Assembly: GCA_965197745.1 (NCBI GenBank) | Contig: CBDANS010000006.1 | Span: 256,001 to 320,000, forward strand | DNA from: Opitutales bacterium | GTDB taxonomy: Bacteria; Verrucomicrobiota; Verrucomicrobiia; Opitutales; PNEW01 | Length of the DNA: 64,000 bases | Direction of reading: 5' to 3' | Part shown: in pieces, positions 60,958 to 64,000 of the stretch | Layout of the letters: the number at the start of each line of letters is the position of its first letter | Position numbering within the stretch: the first letter of the stretch is position 1 | The notes under the pieces: generated by a model | Seen by the model: the letters and a program-made list of their open reading frames with translations, nothing else | Database searches by the model: none | What the model was told of the DNA's origin: nothing | Made by a program: the position numbers and the translations under genes

Positions 60958-62874
60958 TTACTCAATTGTTATCTCTTCCACTGGTTTGGTGATTTCAACA
61001 CCGTCCTCGTTTACAAAGATTGCCGTTATGCTTTGAGAAGGCTGAGGCGTGTTGTCCGATTTGAAGTTATTCTGTGATATCAAGGATTCAAATCCGGGTG
61101 TTGTTGATCCACTCGGTGCAATAACGATAGAAGCGCCGTTTGTTTGCACCAGGTCTACCCCCGTGATACGCAATCCGGGGTTGCCGGCGGGGACGGTGAA
61201 GGAGCCCGCGGCAAACAGTAAATGCGGTTCCGCACTTCCACTGGCGTCAATGTCACCTATGGTTAAGCGTACCGCGATGGGGACCCCTCGCGCATCCACA
61301 CCTACTTTTCCTGAGCTTCCCGAAAATACCGTATTCGATAGTTGCATTCCTCCTATTCCCGAGGAGTTAATCACCTCCACGAGGGTCACGTCAGCTTCTG
61401 CATCATAGGTCTGTCCCGCGGGGAAGAGGGCCTGGTTTACGGCGTTGATCGATCCCACCGTAAATATACTGAAGAAGGTCGAGGCGTCTGTTCCATCGAT
61501 GACTACGCTGGGTTTACCACTTACGTACTCAACCTGTTGGTTGTAACGCGGTGGCAGGGACGGAGGTGAATAAGTAGCCGGGTCTAATGTTACATTAAAG
61601 GTGCCGCTGCCCGAGAACTCTACCTGGACAATGTCCTCGTCTTCATCCATGAAGGAGACGCGTGTTATCTGACCCGGTTTGGCCTGAAGTTGTATGCTCT
61701 GCCCGGTAAGCAGGACCTGATCAAAGATATTCCCATTGGGGTGCTGGATGTTCTCCCCGGCGACATCTCCCGAACCGTTAATAATAAGCGCGTTGGTTTC
61801 ACCTCCGTTTCCTCCATTACTGCCTGCACTCTGTGGGGTATAATCCAGTTTTTTATTTTCAGCATTGGAAATTACTACTTGAGAAGATTGATCTGTTATA
61901 GAGGGGCCGGAAAAAGTAACGGTATAAGTACCATTCCCCGTCACCGGGACGGAATAACCTCCGGAAGCGGCAGTCACCGCAAAAAATTCAGACCCGTCAA
62001 CTTCGACATTAATTCCACTCAACCCTTCGTCGAAATCATAAAAGTTATTTTCATTCTGATCGTCATAGGCCACACCCCTGATAAATGGAGTGGCCCCAAT
62101 AAGTTGAACCCCTAAATCATGAGTGACAACTAAAGGACCAACTGTATTTTGCCCTGAGCCATTAGTTCCTAAAACGACACCTATCCCGGCTTCCCGAAAT
62201 ACTGAGTTATGAATACTGTTCCTGTGTCCCGGGGGACTTTGCATGCCAAAAGGTCCATTACCCCAATCAATCTCAAAGGCCGCGTGCGATGAAAAAGCTG
62301 ACTGAGAAAAAGCGAAAACATTTTCGCCTAAATTCATAAAATTATAACCCTGATTTCTTGCGCGATCACCGCTGCTATCACCCGGCTCATTCGGTGGCAG
62401 TGGATCATCTGAACTAAAATGCCCTTGAAATATATTATTGAACATGTCCTGACTGTGAAGTCTCGCCGCTGTTGTCAGTTGTTCACTCATGGAAAGCGGG
62501 GGAAGGTTTTGCTCAAGGGTCATAAATTGATTTACCAATTCATTGACATCCACTCCAAAAAAATCGATGGCATTTAAAACATCAGAATCCGTAGTGTTAG
62601 CTAACCGCTGTGCTTCCGCATTGGCATCCGAACGCGCGCGATTAATCAATTCCAGAATAAGCTGTTCTTCATCCGTGGGTTGACCAATGGAATACTGCGT
62701 TTGCGCCGCGCTAATTTCCGACTTGGGTGTCGTGGCTGCAGGTTGATCATTAGTAATAACCGGGGGCGCGGGCGGGGGCGCTTTTGGTTGGGCATTACCT
62801 ATCGCGCTCGCGAAAATTATGAGGAAAGGAACTAAAATAAAAAAACGGGCCCTTATATTAAATAAGAATATCAT
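60958..62874 (-). CDS. Secreted CAP (SCP) domain protein with Ig-like and unknown C-terminal domains
   Basis: Signal peptide, LELINRAR, ARLHSQDM, GENV, SPPGHRNSI...FREAGIG, then GVAYDD...GL.G..V. Confidence 0.85.
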   Translation of the reverse strand: MIFLFNIRARFFILVPFLIIFASAIGNAQPKAPPPAPPVITNDQPAATTPKSEISAAQTQYSIGQPTDEEQLILELINRARSDANAEAQRLANTTDSDVLNAIDFFGVDVNELVNQFMTLEQNLPPLSMSEQLTTAARLHSQDMFNNIFQGHFSSDDPLPPNEPGDSSGDRARNQGYNFMNLGENVFAFSQSAFSSHAAFEIDWGNGPFGMQSPPGHRNSIHNSVFREAGIGVVLGTNGSGQNTVGPLVVTHDLGVQLIGATPFIRGVAYDDQNENNFYDFDEGLSGINVEVDGSEFFAVTAASGGYSVPVTGNGTYTVTFSGPSITDQSSQVVISNAENKKLDYTPQSAGSNGGNGGETNALIINGSGDVAGENIQHPNGNIFDQVLLTGQSIQLQAKPGQITRVSFMDEDEDIVQVEFSGSGTFNVTLDPATYSPPSLPPRYNQQVEYVSGKPSVVIDGTDASTFFSIFTVGSINAVNQALFPAGQTYDAEADVTLVEVINSSGIGGMQLSNTVFSGSSGKVGVDARGVPIAVRLTIGDIDASGSAEPHLLFAAGSFTVPAGNPGLRITGVDLVQTNGASIVIAPSGSTTPGFESLISQNNFKSDNTPQPSQSITAIFVNEDGVEITKPVEEITIE

Positions 62875-63065
62875 ATTATAATTTCAGTTAAAATACCTAT
62901 ATCAGAGCGGAGGAATGTGGCAAGCCTACTTTAGTTCGGAGGATACGTTCAAAAGATGAGATAAAATTGAAAGCTTTATTTAACACCTTAGATCAAAATT
63001 ACGCGGAAATTCTAAGTTTGCTTCATTAATGACACTGTCTATTATCTGTAGTTTCGTTAATATAT

Positions 63066-63800
63066 ATGGAAGAAGAAAAATATTTCTTTGGGACGCGGTT
63101 AGCGCACAGATTGGATTACTATGCTTTCCTGCGCACGGGCAGCCATTTCCTGTGGAATTGTTTCACCGGTCTTTTTGATCTCGTTTTTTTTGAAAACGAA
63201 TTTGTCAATGACCCTGAAGCAAAGCAGCGCCAGGAAGAGCTTGATCCCATGGCCCTTTATGCCCTGAAACTCAGGTCGGATACGGCACCTTATCAACCCG
63301 TATGCATTAATGCCGTCCCTAACGGATTACACGGATTTCCCCAGGATGGCCCCAATCCGATTATTATTCTCATGCGTGACCCCTACGCCAGTATATACAG
63401 TTTATATCTTACTGCACGCGACCGTTGGGGATTAAAAGTTGATGATACCGTATCCTGGTTAAAGGAAAACTTTGCGCTCTACCGGAAGTTTTATGATGAA
63501 GCATTTAAACTTAATGAAGCGAATCAGGAAAAAGTACTGATCGTCCGCTATGAAGCGCTGAAAGCCGGCCCCCAGGAATTGCAAAAGATCGTAGACTTCG
63601 TGGGGGTGAGACCAAAACTGAAATCAGAATATGTTTTCTGGTGGACGCGATTTGATCGCATAACGAGGGAAGGTGAACGCACCTTTTACCGGGCGGGGGA
63701 TAACGAACTTTGGAAACAGGACAAGGCCTGGCGAGAAGCCCTGGAAAAAGCGGAAATCGACGAATTTTCTAAATTTGATTATTCCCTGAATGGCCCATGA
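63066..63800 (+). CDS. Sulfotransferase-domain protein
   Basis: LRTGSHFL (5'-PSB-like), ILMRDPYASIYS (3'-PB-like), VRYEAL. Confidence 0.8.
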   Translation: MEEEKYFFGTRLAHRLDYYAFLRTGSHFLWNCFTGLFDLVFFENEFVNDPEAKQRQEELDPMALYALKLRSDTAPYQPVCINAVPNGLHGFPQDGPNPIIILMRDPYASIYSLYLTARDRWGLKVDDTVSWLKENFALYRKFYDEAFKLNEANQEKVLIVRYEALKAGPQELQKIVDFVGVRPKLKSEYVFWWTRFDRITREGERTFYRAGDNELWKQDKAWREALEKAEIDEFSKFDYSLNGP

Positions 63801-64000
63801 GACAAATATAGAGCAGCCCCATTCTGAATTCAAATCCGATGCCCGTTTTGAAAAAGCCGAGCGGTGTTGGTGTGGATGGAAAAGTAAAACGACAAGTAGA
63901 TTTTCTTCTGATTATTTAAAATGCGATCGTTGCGGAACCCACTATGCAAATCGCCGCATTAAACCTGAAGCCGTATCTTCATTTTATTCATACGAAAGCT
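63790..64000 (+). CDS. 5' part of a probable class I methyltransferase with N-terminal zinc-binding motif, partial
   Basis: Own translation: MAHETNIEQ...RCWCG...YLKCDRCGTHY...FYSYES, open to the window end. The family assignment rests only on the Cys pattern and context. Confidence 0.55.
   Translation, partial: MAHETNIEQPHSEFKSDARFEKAERCWCGWKSKTTSRFSSDYLKCDRCGTHYANRRIKPEAVSSFYSYES

Noticed and set aside
301..63833. Numerous 60-200 aa ORFs antisense to or nested in assigned genes
   Set aside because: No recognisable motifs; explained as shadow frames of the real CDSs.

Overview
Bacterial chromosomal segment, most likely Verrucomicrobiota (Opitutales-like); this is inferred from the rpsU sequence style, RNase HIII and SD-poor AU-rich leaders. 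The code is standard: many genes end in TGA. Housekeeping genes are xseA, rpsT, rnpB, a DinG-family helicase, rpsU, mutY, rnhC, dnaE and xylB. Also present are a cupredoxin-like / HAMP adenylate cyclase / beta-barrel operon, a Gtr-like membrane glycosylation locus (one GT2 has an in-frame TGA), an RND pump and an ABC-transporter-dependent surface glycan locus. The most interesting material is non-coding. (1) A REP-associated HUH transposase (RAYT) sits among two GGAG-footed REP types in BIME-like arrays between 36.5 and 49.7 kb, and the array linker is the 3' end of the transposase gene. (2) An identical 40-bp hairpin mini-element is inserted in the loop of three diverged REPs, with a relative inside a different REP family at 28.5 kb. 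(3) A four-gene cassette-like island between mutY and rnhC has a shared 55-75 bp leader in front of three genes, ending in an integron-like GTT core in two copies, with no integrase in view. (4) Several further small repeat families are stacked in the same intergenic spaces. A 31-aa bS22/mS38-like ORF missed by the ORF track lies next to rpsT. All alignments were done by eye; no searches were run.
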